Shown: piece after piece, positions 35,546-46,796 of the stretch | How the letters are laid out: each line of letters begins with the position of its first letter | Position numbering within the stretch: position 1 is the first letter of the stretch | Source of the DNA: Fistulifera solaris | Lineage: Eukaryota | Assembly: GCA_030295235.1 (NCBI GenBank) | Contig: AP026137.1 | Span: forward strand, 992,001 to 1,056,000 | Direction of reading: 5' to 3' | Length of the DNA stretch: 64,000 bases | Program-made: the position numbers and the translations under genes | The notes under the pieces: model-generated | What the model saw: only the letters and a program-made list of their open reading frames with translations | What the model was told of the DNA's origin: nothing | The model's database searches: none

Positions 35546-36191
35546 TTATTTCCCCAGCGTCTTTTTGTGCTGTTCCACTCGTTTCCGCAACTCTTGCAAT
35601 TCTCGCTCTTTTTCTTCCATTTCGGCTCGTTTCTGAAATCGAGATGGTTGATAATACAATACAATCAAGAATCGTCCGCCCACGGCAAATCCGCTCAAAT
35701 GATCCACCGCACTTTTGGCGTCTGTGAATTACGAAGAGGAACAAGGGGCATGAGTCAAAGAAGTTTCCGCGGAAGAAGAGTAAGACAAAGAGCATTCTCA
35801 CCGTAGATGTCTTCAAATACCACAAACGCCGTCCCTTTGGTGTCCTATTACCCAAGTACATTCGTGTCAGCAAGGACAAACCATGAATCGAAAGCAAATC
35901 AATAATGTGCAGCAGCCAAGACGTACCGGTTTATCGCCCAATCGTATTTGATAAATGGCTCCGTATTTACCAAAGATGGTATATAATTCGTCAGCAGTGA
36001 TAGTAAACGGTAAATTGCGAACATAGAGAATGCGATTGACTTCCGGTGGAAGACGTGACTATAAAAAAGAAGAGAGGAAATGAAATGAAAAATAGACCGT
36101 AAGAATAAAAGCCAACAACAACAAACTGCCGCGAACATTATCCTAGCTCTCGCCTTACATTTTGTCCTCGATTGCCTTGGTATTCGACCAT
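35546..36191 (-). CDS. SF3B6: Splicing factor 3B subunit 6 (p14/SF3B14), 4 exons
   Basis: Exons 36191-36159, 36058-35927, 35844-35802 and 35721-35546, all with GT-AG introns, splice in frame to [95 protein letters not shown]...LGK*. Confidence 0.95.
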
Positions 36192-36311
36192 TCTTCGTCA
36201 ATATCAACAACTTAGATGCGATTCTAATAGTAATGTTCACTAAAAAAGACGGAAACAGTTTCAAAAAAATATTGTTGTGAAATAATGCGGACGCTGCCCA
36301 GCATAAAGAAA

Positions 36312-36475
36312 CCGTCCCCACATTTTCTGGGAACGTGCAATAACACACTACCACTTTTTCTGGACATGTGAAAACGACACCCCCACATTTTCTGGAAACG
36401 TGAAAAACCACTCGCCCACATTTTCTGGAGACGTGAAAACCGACACTCCCACATTTTCTGGACAAGTGAAAAAAC
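36312..36475 (-). repeat. Array of five ~33-bp units (copy 2, inverted relative to 34272-34445)
   Basis: CCACWTTTTCTGG at ~36318, 36351, 36383, 36416 and 36449. Confidence 0.9.
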
Positions 36476-36592
36476 CACACGCCTACATCGTCCGCACAGA
36501 ACGCCGCGCAGGATACAAGTAAGTTTACTCACTCGTCGCCGTATTTTGTTTTTGGCTCTCATTCATTATACCAGTACTAGCGTAAAACAATC

Positions 36593-37272
36593 ATGGTATC
36601 TGCTCTCGATATCATCGACGAAGCCATTGCAGAGCTTGAAGCTCGTTTAAATCTCAAGCCGGGAGAAGAGTCGTCGTCTGTAGCTAACAAAAGAAAACCA
36701 ACAACATCAAGGCAGGCAACGCCAGCAAGACCGAGACTCCGCTGGAAGACGCCGAAGATCAACCCGACATCTGTAAACTTGAGTTCAAAGTGGGTGTTGT
36801 TACCAAAGTTTGGACACACGAAAAGGCGGATAAATTGTATTGTGAAGAGATTGATGTCGGAGAAGAGGAACCCCGTCAAATTGCGTCCGGTTTGCGACCG
36901 CATTTTTCGTTAGAACAAATGCAAGGTCAGCGTTTGCTCGTCATGAGCAATTTGAAAGCCAAAAATCTAGTGGGCTTCAAATCCAATGGCATGGTGCTTT
37001 GTGCGGCACAAACGAGAGACGATGGGACCGAAAGGGTCGAATTTGTGGAGCCACCGGAAGGAGCGGCGATTGGGGAAGTGATCACGTTTGAGGGACTGCC
37101 GGCGCCTCGACCGGTTTCTGCCGCGCAGGTCGAAAAACGAAAAGTGCTGCAGGCATGTGCCGATGGACTCAAGACAACGGAAGAATGCTTGGCGGCCTGG
37201 AACGGACATGTCTTTATGACTTCGGCGGGTCCTTGTAAAGCAAAGACGATTGCGGGTGGAGTGATGCGTTAA
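36593..37272 (+). CDS. tRNA-binding OB-fold protein (EMAP II/Arc1p/AIMP1-like), frameshifted
   Basis: GVVTKVWTHEKADKLYCEEIDVGEEEPRQIASGL and NLKAKNLVGFKSNGMVLCA; the N-terminal helix is in another frame, with an indel near 36690. Confidence 0.85.
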
Positions 37273-37353
37273 CCTCGATACTCTTTAGTTTCATTTGACT
37301 TAAAACGAAATAACTTTTTCGCTTAGCATTATTTGATATTTCAAAAATGAACT

Positions 37354-39357
37354 TTATCCAATCCCATTCAAGCCATTGTCTTCTGTCGACGATACTTGGT
37401 CTACGTCGCTCTTGACTCGTTTGGCAACGGCCACCTTTGCGGCAAGCAATTGCAGATCCGTCAGCAACTGATCGAATAAATCGATAGGAGGTGCATCGCG
37501 GTGAACATTATTTCTGTCACTGGCACTCTTCTCGTCTTTATCTGTTCCAGACGAACGCTGATAATCGCCAAGGGAAGAACGTGAGGCGTCCTCGGCAGAG
37601 TTCGTGCGGAAACGCCCATGGATCATGTAATCGATGTGGCGACACTGCACTTCGATACTATGAGGGAGTCGAGACTGCAGTTGTGTGGCCACATGTATCG
37701 CTCGCGCCAGTAATTCCGCCGCTCGAGTCCAAGCGGACTCAATCAAAGCGGCAACAAAAGGATCCACGGGCCCTATTGGATGAGAAGCGAACGAACTGTG
37801 TCGAGAGGAAGACTCGGGCGATAATGTCGTTACAACAACAGGGCTTTTGGCAGGTAAAGAACGTTGTATCTGACGACAACGCTCTTTGAAAACGGAAACG
37901 TGCATTCCCCATCTTAGTACAGCCCCCAAGTGACCACGCATTCGCGTTATATGTTCATCCACGGAAACTGGATCATTCGAGCTGACAATAGCCTTCCAAA
38001 ATGGATCCGTTGCTAAACTCTCCATGCGTTGCGTCCGAACCAGTGTCTCGTCCGCCATTATCAATTCTGCGTTGTCCAAAAACGAGTTTTCGTAGGATTG
38101 AATGATTCGACTCGACAACGTTTGTATCCATTTTGTCTGCAGTGCTTTCCCCGATGCTCGAAACACGTGTGAAGTGCCGTTTCCAGTCACCAACTCAAAC
38201 GCAAACGGTGTTCGAAAGAGTGGTGCATAATCCGGCGAGGGTTCCAGCAGAAGCGCATGAGTCAGCCGTATTCGTCCATATTTGGAATAGGAGAGTTTGT
38301 CGGTGCCGTTACTTGTGCTGTAGATGCGACTGATATACCACAAATAATCGTCAGTAATGACGCAAAAGCATTTCCGCCACACGTTTGAGTCTTTGTGTGA
38401 TTGTTTATACAAGTAACCAGCATATGCTTGTGCCTTGACTGTTGCATCTTGTTGTTTATGAAGCATTTGTCTGCGTTTTCGCTGTTTGTTGACTCTGTGT
38501 GCAAAAGCCGGATCTAAATTGACTTGGGCATCATTACGACTTGTGTGTTCGGTGGCATTATCATCCAGCCAAGGAAATCGTTTTGTGACGATATCATCCG
38601 TACGTGAACACGACAAGGAACAGAGTGATTGAGCGTAACTGAATTGTCTGTCATTTACATCGTTTTCCGTAGAAGATCCATCATCTGTGCCGCTACTGAT
38701 ACGCTCTTCCTCGTCGTCGTCAAAATCATTGCTGTCACTGTTTGTCGAACAACCGTCGTCGTCCTCCTCTTCCAGCGACGAACAGTATCCATCCAGCTCG
38801 ACACAATTCGGTATCAGACTTTCCTTTTCGTTGGAAGATGGGATAAAGAACCATTGCAGCTTGGGTGATATAATTGTCCTCGATACGGGCGCTTCTCTCT
38901 GTAGCTGTTTCAATTTTGCTTCCATTTGACGTTTTACTTCCAGCGGATCATCCTCGGGGTCTAATGTTTTGACGACATGATAAGGATCTGATTTTGGATA
39001 CGTTGATACCGAGGGAGATGAAGCAGTTGTTGCAGTAGAGTTACTGTTCTGCTGTGTTTCGAATGAATGAGACAGTCGCCGTTCCTGCTCGTGTTCGAAC
39101 TGAACGTAATCTCTCGGTAACGAATACAATGTTCCCACTAATACCAAATGATCGCCAGAATCAAGTTGCGACACTTGAGAAGATCCTATTTTCAGCGTAT
39201 CTCGTAATAACTGAGTAACATCTTTCGCTTTGGCGCCCGAATGAGATATCCGAATGCCGGCAGACGAGGTAATCAGCTCTCTCCGACTTTTTCGTTCGGA
39301 CGACGAGACCCACTGCTGCCAGTAGATCCGATGTAACTCGCCTTTGCTGTTACTCAT
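37354..39357 (-). CDS. PH-domain protein
   Basis: YAGYLYKQSHKDSNVWRKCFCVITDDYLWY...FAFELVTGNGTSHVFRASGKALQTKWIQTL; intact 667-aa ORF. Confidence 0.85.
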   Translation of the reverse strand: MSNSKGELHRIYWQQWVSSSERKSRRELITSSAGIRISHSGAKAKDVTQLLRDTLKIGSSQVSQLDSGDHLVLVGTLYSLPRDYVQFEHEQERRLSHSFETQQNSNSTATTASSPSVSTYPKSDPYHVVKTLDPEDDPLEVKRQMEAKLKQLQREAPVSRTIISPKLQWFFIPSSNEKESLIPNCVELDGYCSSLEEEDDDGCSTNSDSNDFDDDEEERISSGTDDGSSTENDVNDRQFSYAQSLCSLSCSRTDDIVTKRFPWLDDNATEHTSRNDAQVNLDPAFAHRVNKQRKRRQMLHKQQDATVKAQAYAGYLYKQSHKDSNVWRKCFCVITDDYLWYISRIYSTSNGTDKLSYSKYGRIRLTHALLLEPSPDYAPLFRTPFAFELVTGNGTSHVFRASGKALQTKWIQTLSSRIIQSYENSFLDNAELIMADETLVRTQRMESLATDPFWKAIVSSNDPVSVDEHITRMRGHLGAVLRWGMHVSVFKERCRQIQRSLPAKSPVVVTTLSPESSSRHSSFASHPIGPVDPFVAALIESAWTRAAELLARAIHVATQLQSRLPHSIEVQCRHIDYMIHGRFRTNSAEDASRSSLGDYQRSSGTDKDEKSASDRNNVHRDAPPIDLFDQLLTDLQLLAAKVAVAKRVKSDVDQVSSTEDNGLNGIG

Positions 39358-39459
39358 ATCTTATGAAATAAAGAACTCTGCCAACATATCGTAGTCAACA
39401 ATTTACTTATGTATTACGGGATATCGTTTGTTGTTATACGAATGAAAATAAAAAAGGGC

Positions 39460-40700
39460 AACATGATAAAATAATAAACGCCCATCGTTATTCATGACTT
39501 AATGTATAGGAGTCGTGGTTTCCCTGAACCAACACTTTGTCCTATAGTAAAAATACAAGACAACGAAACACACCAATTTCGACGAATTTAATCGATGTGT
39601 GCAAGACAAATGATGCATCCATTTACTCCGTATAAGTTAGCGATTGAACTAACCATATCCCATATTTTGAAAATGAACCCCGGATCATCCGAAATAAGGG
39701 CAAAATGATAGAAAGCGCCCGTTGTAATTCATGACTCAATGTATGGCAGTCGTGGTTTCACTAATCTAACACTTTGTCCTACAGTATAAATTCAAGACAA
39801 CGAAACATACCAATTTTCGACGAATGCAATCGATGTGTGCAAGACAAATGATGCATCCAATCATAAATTAGCGATTGAACTAACCATATCTAGCAAAAGA
39901 AACGTGACATTTTGAAAATGAACCCCGAATCATCTGAAATAAGGGCAAAATGATAGAAAGCGCCCATCGTATTCATGACTTAATGTATGGTAGTCGTGGT
40001 TTCCCTGAACCAACACTTTGTCGTATAGTAAAAATACAAGACAACGAAACACACCATTTTTCACCGAATGCAATCGGTGTGTGCAAGACAAATGATGCAT
40101 CCATTTATAAGTTAGCGACTGAACTAACCATATCTAGCAAAAGAAACGTGATATTATGAAACGAACCCCAAAACGATAAAAGCGCCCATCGTTATTCATG
40201 ACTTAATGTATGGGAGTCGTGGTTTCCCTGAACCATCACTTTGTCCTATACCTGGTAAGGGTAGTAAAAATACATGACAACAAAATACACCATTTTTCAC
40301 CGAATGCAATCGATGTGTGCAAAACAAATGATGCATCCATTTATAAGTTAGCGATTGAACTAACCATATCTAGCAAAAGAAACGTGACATTTTGAAAATG
40401 AACCCCGAATCATCCGAAATAAGGGCAAAATGATAGAAAGCGCCCATCGTTATTCATGACTTAATGTATGGTAGTCGTGGCTTCCCTGAACCAACACATT
40501 GTCGTATAGTGAAAATACAAGACAACGAAACACACCATTTTTCACCGAATGCAATCGATGTGTGCAAAACAAATGATGCATCCATTTATAAGTTAGCGAT
40601 TGAACTAACCACATCTAGCAAAAGAAACGTGATATTTTGAAAATGAACCCCGAATCATTTGAAATTAATGCGATACTCATGACTGAATGCAGTCGTGGGT
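39460..40700. repeat. Tandem satellite, ~240-bp unit, ~5 copies
   Basis: AGTCGTGG at 39511, 39748, 39992, 40215, 40473 and (partial) 40691. Confidence 0.95.
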
Positions 40701-41217
40701 ACCGTATAGTCGAAGGTCGAAGGTCGAAGTGCCCCAAACCTTGCCTCAAACAATCTCCACAAGGGAAAAGCTGCTCAGATTACTTATGGCTCAAATTTAC
40801 CTGGTATTCCGTTGACTATAAAACATCGATCCTACCAAGTTATGTAGCTCACTGAGTGAACAGAACGAACAGAACGCACGGAAGATACGGTAATCAACCT
40901 TATAGTCTGCGGCTAAGGTAAAACTTGATTGGGATGGATTGGCGATGCGGAAAAGTCAAGCAGGCAGATCAACATTGTTTTGCAACTGAGTATGCTGAGA
41001 TGCGAAAGGAAACGGATGTAGACGTATGCGAATAAATATGTGCCTTAATGTCAATAATCTAGCCGCGGGCCAAACTTACATTGCAGATAGACACCAGAGT
41101 AGCAGTTGCAGAAGTCTTAGCTTACATAATAAATCGTCAAATTTCTTAGCGCTTTTTAAGGAAATGATCGAATAGCGTTACAAAAATCAATCAAAACAGA
41201 AAGGGCTGCAGCAATAC

Positions 41218-41838
41218 TTAACGTAGCTTTTGCCTCACCGTTCGTTCATCGTCTTCCACTTCGTGGTGACATCGTTTATTATCACCAGACGAGTCAAAAC
41301 TCTCTTCTTCAATTTCATAAGCACGCTCGTAATCACGCTTTCCTTCTTCCAGCGCCAGATCAGACGCCCACTTGTCTAGTTGCAAAGCGGCATCGGCGAT
41401 TTGTTTCGCGGGCCATTTCCTCTTACTAGCTCCCACAATATAGCGTTTCGACCAAAACTTTCGTCTTTGTCGTTCGTAGCAAAATTTGCTCTCTAATCCT
41501 CGTGTTTCGGCCCCTAATGCCAGCATGGGACGACTTTCTTGCCGAGCCGAAGTAAAACTCCAAAAGTAAGACGCCATGCGGCGGGCCGCCTCTCGAAATT
41601 GCATGAGCTCATCGCGCGAGTACCAGCAACTTTCATCAACATCCTTCAGTTGTGAGGGATAGACTTGAACTGTTGGTGCAAAGGATACTCTTCGGGGCTC
41701 GTCTATGGGAAGTGGGGATCCCATGGGAGAAAGGGAGACGACCGACCGATCGCTATCGAAAACATTCTCGAAGCAATCCTTATCGATCGCCGTGGCCGGT
41801 AAACCATCGTCAATACCGTCCAGATTCAGATATTCCAT
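41218..41838 (-). CDS. Diatom-type hypothetical protein (RRVSF...WYS.DE...RGLE family)
   Basis: PRRVSFAPTVQV...CWYSRDELMQFR...ETRGLE...ALEEGKRD. Confidence 0.7.
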   Translation of the reverse strand: MEYLNLDGIDDGLPATAIDKDCFENVFDSDRSVVSLSPMGSPLPIDEPRRVSFAPTVQVYPSQLKDVDESCWYSRDELMQFREAARRMASYFWSFTSARQESRPMLALGAETRGLESKFCYERQRRKFWSKRYIVGASKRKWPAKQIADAALQLDKWASDLALEEGKRDYERAYEIEEESFDSSGDNKRCHHEVEDDERTVRQKLR

Positions 41839-42628
41839 TGTATTGTTATTTGTTGTGTAAATAGAGCTGCTTTATCTTCTCATTGTTGTTTCTTCAGATG
41901 CCTAACGGAATTATTTGTGTTTGGTATCGTGTGTTGGTCTCTCGTCTTCGTTGTTCGATTCAGTCCTTCACATTCGGCCATTATCCCGTGTTTCACGTGG
42001 CCACGTGTCGCGCGTCTCAAATCATACTTATAAATGTAGAGTAGAAAGGAGAATAACAGAATCAATAAGGATTTATACGACCGGAATGGGAATTGAAATG
42101 CGGTAAGAAACTCTTGTAGATTTCTACAGAGAAAGTTCGGTTTTCTGTTGGGCCGGTATCACGTGCAAGTTCCGTCTTTCTTTCGAGAACGAAGCGCGGA
42201 AGCGCGGAACAAGCGATAACAAGGGCTAGAGTACTGAGTACTGAGTACTGGTCGTGCTACAGTACCGTATTTTGAAATTTCGGTTGAAGCGGAGCGCGGA
42301 GAAACCCCTTGAACCAAACTCGCGACTCCTCCTCGCGACTAACTCTTAAGTAAGAACCAAGATTCGACACCTAAAACTAAGTTAGCTAAGAAGAATCATC
42401 ATCATCGTTTGTTCCGCAAGATCCAGAATGGATGCTGCGTCCTTCCCAATCAATCAACAATTACTATCGAGATCAAGAAAACTCTTAGAAATCGGGAGCG
42501 TTTTCAGACGAAGGCGAATAGGTTTACAAAACAGAATTTTGCCTATGCGCTAAAATACAATATTATTATCAAAAACAAAAGGAATCTCCACGTCTGACAA
42601 TCGATAGCTTGAATACACATGTGCATGC

Positions 42629-43123
42629 CTATGTCTCAATCCGTTGTCGGACGCAACGCTCGGGTTCATCTTGACTGTCACGATCTCGTTTATTATCAAG
42701 GTAAGCATAGTAGAATGCTCTAAATCCAGCTTCGGTGGCTTCTTCTGTCGCACGGTGACATATTTTGTGAGCAAATGCACCCAGCTTTTCACTGTCCAAG
42801 GTGTTATCTGAGTGTCGTAGCCTATTCGAGACGTGTACAATCAGACGATTCGCAAGAACTCGATTGTGCTGGCGTTCCGAAAACGACCTGGTGTCAAACG
42901 GATCCCATTCAGATCCTTGCCATTTCCGTGTCACAGATTGTCTTTTCAAAGATGAACGAAAGCTGACTAGATCATCAGGCTGGTACCACATGCTCTTCTT
43001 CAAAGCATCAAATTCACTTTCTTCGAGTAACTCCGAGGGGACAAACACTGATGGCAAAGAGAAACGCACTCTACTTGAGTCGTCCTTTGTTCTTCTTTCG
43101 GGTGATTGAAACGTTTTGCACAT
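42629..43123 (-). CDS. Diatom-type hypothetical protein (RVRF...WY family), tandem relative of 41218-41838
   Basis: SRVRFSLPSVFV...KSMWYQPDDLVSFR...ATEAG; the C-terminal ERCVRQR resembles ERTVRQK of its neighbour. Confidence 0.65.
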   Translation of the reverse strand: MCKTFQSPERRTKDDSSRVRFSLPSVFVPSELLEESEFDALKKSMWYQPDDLVSFRSSLKRQSVTRKWQGSEWDPFDTRSFSERQHNRVLANRLIVHVSNRLRHSDNTLDSEKLGAFAHKICHRATEEATEAGFRAFYYAYLDNKRDRDSQDEPERCVRQRIET

Positions 43124-43716
43124 GATTCTTTGACGCAGGAGGACCGGAAATGCCGAAGGATTGATGCAACGAATGTACGATGTATTTCTAATTATTTGTT
43201 GTTGGTGATGTGTAACGCACAAAATTTAGAAGTGAAATAATGGAACTCCAAACAGAAGAATTTTCGTGCCTGTTTGTGCCAGCTGTTGGAAATTTGAAGA
43301 ACCTTCAAGATTCAGAAACTTCAAGGCGATGGAGCACAGTAGAAATTTAAGTAGTTGAGTCAGTAGTCAGGCGTCAGACGCACATCTGCGTGGTGTGATT
43401 GTTTGTCAGTTTGTTGTCAGCGATTTAGTTCCCGAGACTCCTAGCCATTCAATCTCCAGTCTCCAGTCTCCAGTCCCTCTAGCTCTAGCCCACTATTTCG
43501 TTGTCTTAATTGTTGAGTGCTGATTTCAAATAAATAATAGTCTATTAAAAAAGACTGTAGACTGTATATGTGTGCACAGATTGCCGACTTGAATCGCAAC
43601 CAGCAGTGCTTCAGCAAGATTCGCTTTCTAGGAAGTACTCCTTAATAACAATAGTGAAAATATAAAGAGATAAATGAAGCAGGGAATGGGGAAGGCAACG
43701 ACGCTATTAGTTGCAT

Positions 43717-44322
43717 TTATGTAACGTGATGTTTATTCGTTCTTTTGCGGTTGATGACGGCAATTCGTAAGCCAGCAACTTTGTTCTCTTTGGCAGCCGT
43801 GCGAATAGTGGAAACAGCCTCGAACGCCTTCATTTCAGCAGTAACCTCCTGCATTTCAATGGCAGGAGTAGGTTTGACAATAGGTTGCACAATACCCTTG
43901 AGTTGAGGAGGAGCAGCATCTCCCTTCTTCAGCACAACCAATTTCTTCAAGTATTCCTCCAAACGCGCAACATTGACCGTCAAACTTTCCTCCGACTTGT
44001 TTCGGCGGCGCCAATCGATGGCGATTCCGATCGTTTGGGCATAAGAAGGGTTTACCTTGACAGCTTTCAGCTCCTCCAACGTGAAACCCTTTCCTAGACG
44101 AATCTTAGCCGAGTACTTTTGGGTTGGGCAGTGCACCACCGGTCGCAATCGTTCCATGGGCGCCGGGGCAATTTTGGCGGCCTTGGCAGCACGCTTGACA
44201 CGGCGTGCCTTCTTGCGAGTGGCCTGGTTCAAGCCGAGCTTGACTTTCAAAGGACCACGACTGCTCTCGCAATACTTTTTCTTGCAGTGGATGTTGGGGA
44301 TAATATTGTTGTGTTTCACCAT
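43717..44322 (-). CDS. RPL13: 60S ribosomal protein L13 (eL13)
   Basis: MVKHNNIIPNIH, LRPVVHCPTQKYSAKIRLGKGFTLEELK and IDWRRRNKSEESL. The last codons may be frameshifted. A 5'-UTR intron is probable (~44348-44658). Confidence 0.95.
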   Translation of the reverse strand: MVKHNNIIPNIHCKKKYCESSRGPLKVKLGLNQATRKKARRVKRAAKAAKIAPAPMERLRPVVHCPTQKYSAKIRLGKGFTLEELKAVKVNPSYAQTIGIAIDWRRRNKSEESLTVNVARLEEYLKKLVVLKKGDAAPPQLKGIVQPIVKPTPAIEMQEVTAEMKAFEAVSTIRTAAKENKVAGLRIAVINRKRTNKHHVT

Positions 44323-45018
44323 TTTAGCGTTTTATTGTGTATACAAACTAAAGAAAAAGAAATCGGAAGGGGACACGTGAGAAAGGCAAGCGAGAGAAAA
44401 GACGAACTTCAAGACAGCAATAAGCAAGCGGCGATGAAACACCACTTGATTTGAATGTTATAGCACGTTTGCTTCCGAGGGTAAACAAAAAAGTTGGGGC
44501 TTTTTGCCAACTGGAATGGCTAGACGACCGATGGGAGCGAAATATAAAAAGTTCAAAATCTTTGAACTCGCTACGAGCGACAAATGCAGCGATCTCATGC
44601 TAATGCGGGATAATCAACTCTAAACATCATTCTATTCAACGAAAAAAGGTCAGCATACCTTGAACAACGATACGAAATGCTTTGTCGCAGGTGATGCGCA
44701 TGGTGGGCGAACATGAAAAATTCCATCATTGCGGTGTAGTAGAGCGAGAAGCGGTAAACGAGTTTTGCGGCTTTGGCTGCACGAGACTACTTTTTCGCGT
44801 AGAGATAAATCCACTGAGTACCTAAAACTGTAGCAATTCTATAACGGTACGATATCATAGGTTTGCTGCGTATCTAATAGGGAATGAAATTATTTCGCTC
44901 ACGAATTGCCAAATTTTTGCGCCTTTATTTTGAATTGAAAAAATTGCTAGTCTAGTCTATGTGACGATGATGTGCGAAGTTCGTGCAACAGAACAATGGT
45001 AACACATTCTTGATAAAC

Positions 45019-45606
45019 CTACTTGTGAATCAGCTGCAATGCCGCGGTCAGAGTTTTGCGCAAAACACCTCGTGTCGTTCTCTCTCGGTCCGCATTTCGT
45101 TTCCGAAACACAGCAGATCGCTGGGGATACTCTTGTCGTCTCGATCGCTGGCTAGAACCATTGGAACCGCACTTCTCTGTCGATGATGAAGGAAGCTCGC
45201 TTTCGAAGGGACTGCGACGACTGCTTCCGCTTTTTTGCTGCTGCTTGTGGGTCGCACGATTAGTGAAATAATCAGAGGGCAAACAGAACGAATCATCAGA
45301 ATTCTCCGTCTCGTCGTCATCTTCTTCCGTTAATCCGTTCTGAATGCGCCATTTTGTGATGTCCTGATGGAGCTTGCGATTGCTGACCAAGTCCGAAGGT
45401 CTCATTGGTTTTCGTGTCAAAGGACAAGAACCATTCGTTTTGATCCATTGAAGGATGGCATCACGATCGAAGTTTAAACCAGTACGTGTCATGAGAGGAA
45501 ACTCCATCACCTCCATAGTGATGGGGCAAATAAACTCATCCGGAACTTTCAAGCCGAGTTTGTCGTCAAAACATTTTGCAGTCGCTGTTGATTTTGGTGT
45601 CTTCAT
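45019..45606 (-). CDS. U-box domain protein (putative E3 ligase)
   Basis: VPDEFICPITMEVMEFPLMTRTGLNFDRDAILQWIKTNGSCPLTRKPM...LVSNRKL. Confidence 0.9.
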   Translation of the reverse strand: MKTPKSTATAKCFDDKLGLKVPDEFICPITMEVMEFPLMTRTGLNFDRDAILQWIKTNGSCPLTRKPMRPSDLVSNRKLHQDITKWRIQNGLTEEDDDETENSDDSFCLPSDYFTNRATHKQQQKSGSSRRSPFESELPSSSTEKCGSNGSSQRSRRQEYPQRSAVFRKRNADRERTTRGVLRKTLTAALQLIHK

Positions 45607-45883
45607 TCTTGTCAATACGAGAAAGGCAATGGCGTAATGGTAAACAATCTCGAGTGAGAGAGATTTCCAAATTTATGGGATTATTTTGGCATTCGTCGAC
45701 AATGGTGAGTGGTGCTGAGTGGTGAGATGCGGAACAGACTCAAAGGTCAATGAATAAAGTTTAATTACTCCGTATCCATTTTGTCGGTGACGTTGTCACT
45801 CTCCATAAAGCTATCTTAGTCACGTGTCACGTACTATTGTTTAAGTTCCTTATTGAATGCGTTTCTCCTTATTGTTTGAAAGC

Positions 45884-46650
45884 TGTTATCTGTTATCTTG
45901 TTATTTGTTATAGATTTTAGCTTAAACCGTAGAAAGGAAGCAGGAAGTGCTTCTTTCAGGCATTAAGGGCATTAAGGGCACTAAGGGCTATGAACTACTG
46001 CGGACTACGGAGTGTAAACTAGAAATTGGAGTTCTCTAGCAAAGAGTAAAGCTAGATTTATTGGGTACTACGATCTAAGACCTGCGTGGCGTCACCGCTC
46101 AGCATAACACATCTCACATCTCAAATCTCTAGCTAGAGTCTAGAGAGTAGAGAGTCTAGAGACGAGTGACTAATACCAGTAACCAGTAACAAGTGTAATT
46201 CTGCCTCGGGCCTCTGACCTCTGACTCTGAACTCTGAACTCTGAACTCTGACCTCTGACCTCTGACCTGCGGGCCCCCTGCCCTCTCCCCCCCTGCCCCT
46301 GCCCCTCATTCTTTACTATAGTTTACGCAGTATGGACTTCTACTAAGTTTAGTCAGAAGTCAGAAATCTCGCACAGCGATAAGCGATAAGCGATAAGCCA
46401 ACGGAGTGCGGAGTGCGGAGTATTAGTTAAGCGACTGGTGTCTGACAAGGAGAAAATACGGAGTAAGAAATAAGGTACCGGTACTTTATACGGAGTACTC
46501 CGTACTTTTTTTCTCCTTGGCGTTTGGTGTGTGACGTGTGACGTACAAGTACTCCGAGAGAAATCCTGTATCGTCTACCGTGTATGGAATACGGAGTAAT
46601 GATGATGTGTTGGTGTTTAGCGTTTAGCCTGGGTGCCTGGGTTAGTCTCT
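45884..46650. repeat. Intergenic tract of many different short tandem repeats, mostly heptamers
   Basis: TGTTATC, ACATCTC, TAACCAG, TCTGAMC (~8 copies), AGTCAGA, GCGATAA, CGGAGTG, GTGTGAC and GTTTAGC, each otherwise repeated 2-3 times. Confidence 0.85.
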
Positions 46651-46796
46651 CTAGCGTTATTACTGGTACAGTAGCGTTAGCGCGCTTAACGATGGTTAGG
46701 TTTAGGTGACATTAACATTGGTGTAGGTCTACAAAGTCATTGCGCAACCGCAAACCAATCTTCACCTTTTTCTACGTAATGATTTGGCTTTGACTG

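Noticed and set aside
34272..36475. CRISPR-like appearance of the 33-bp arrays
   Set aside because: The 'spacers' are short and homologous to one another and between the arrays. There are no cas genes and the context is eukaryotic.
44348..44658. Intronic snoRNA in the probable RPL13 5'-UTR intron
   Set aside because: A box C-like ATGATGT is present on the sense strand, but no downstream box D or terminal stem was evident.
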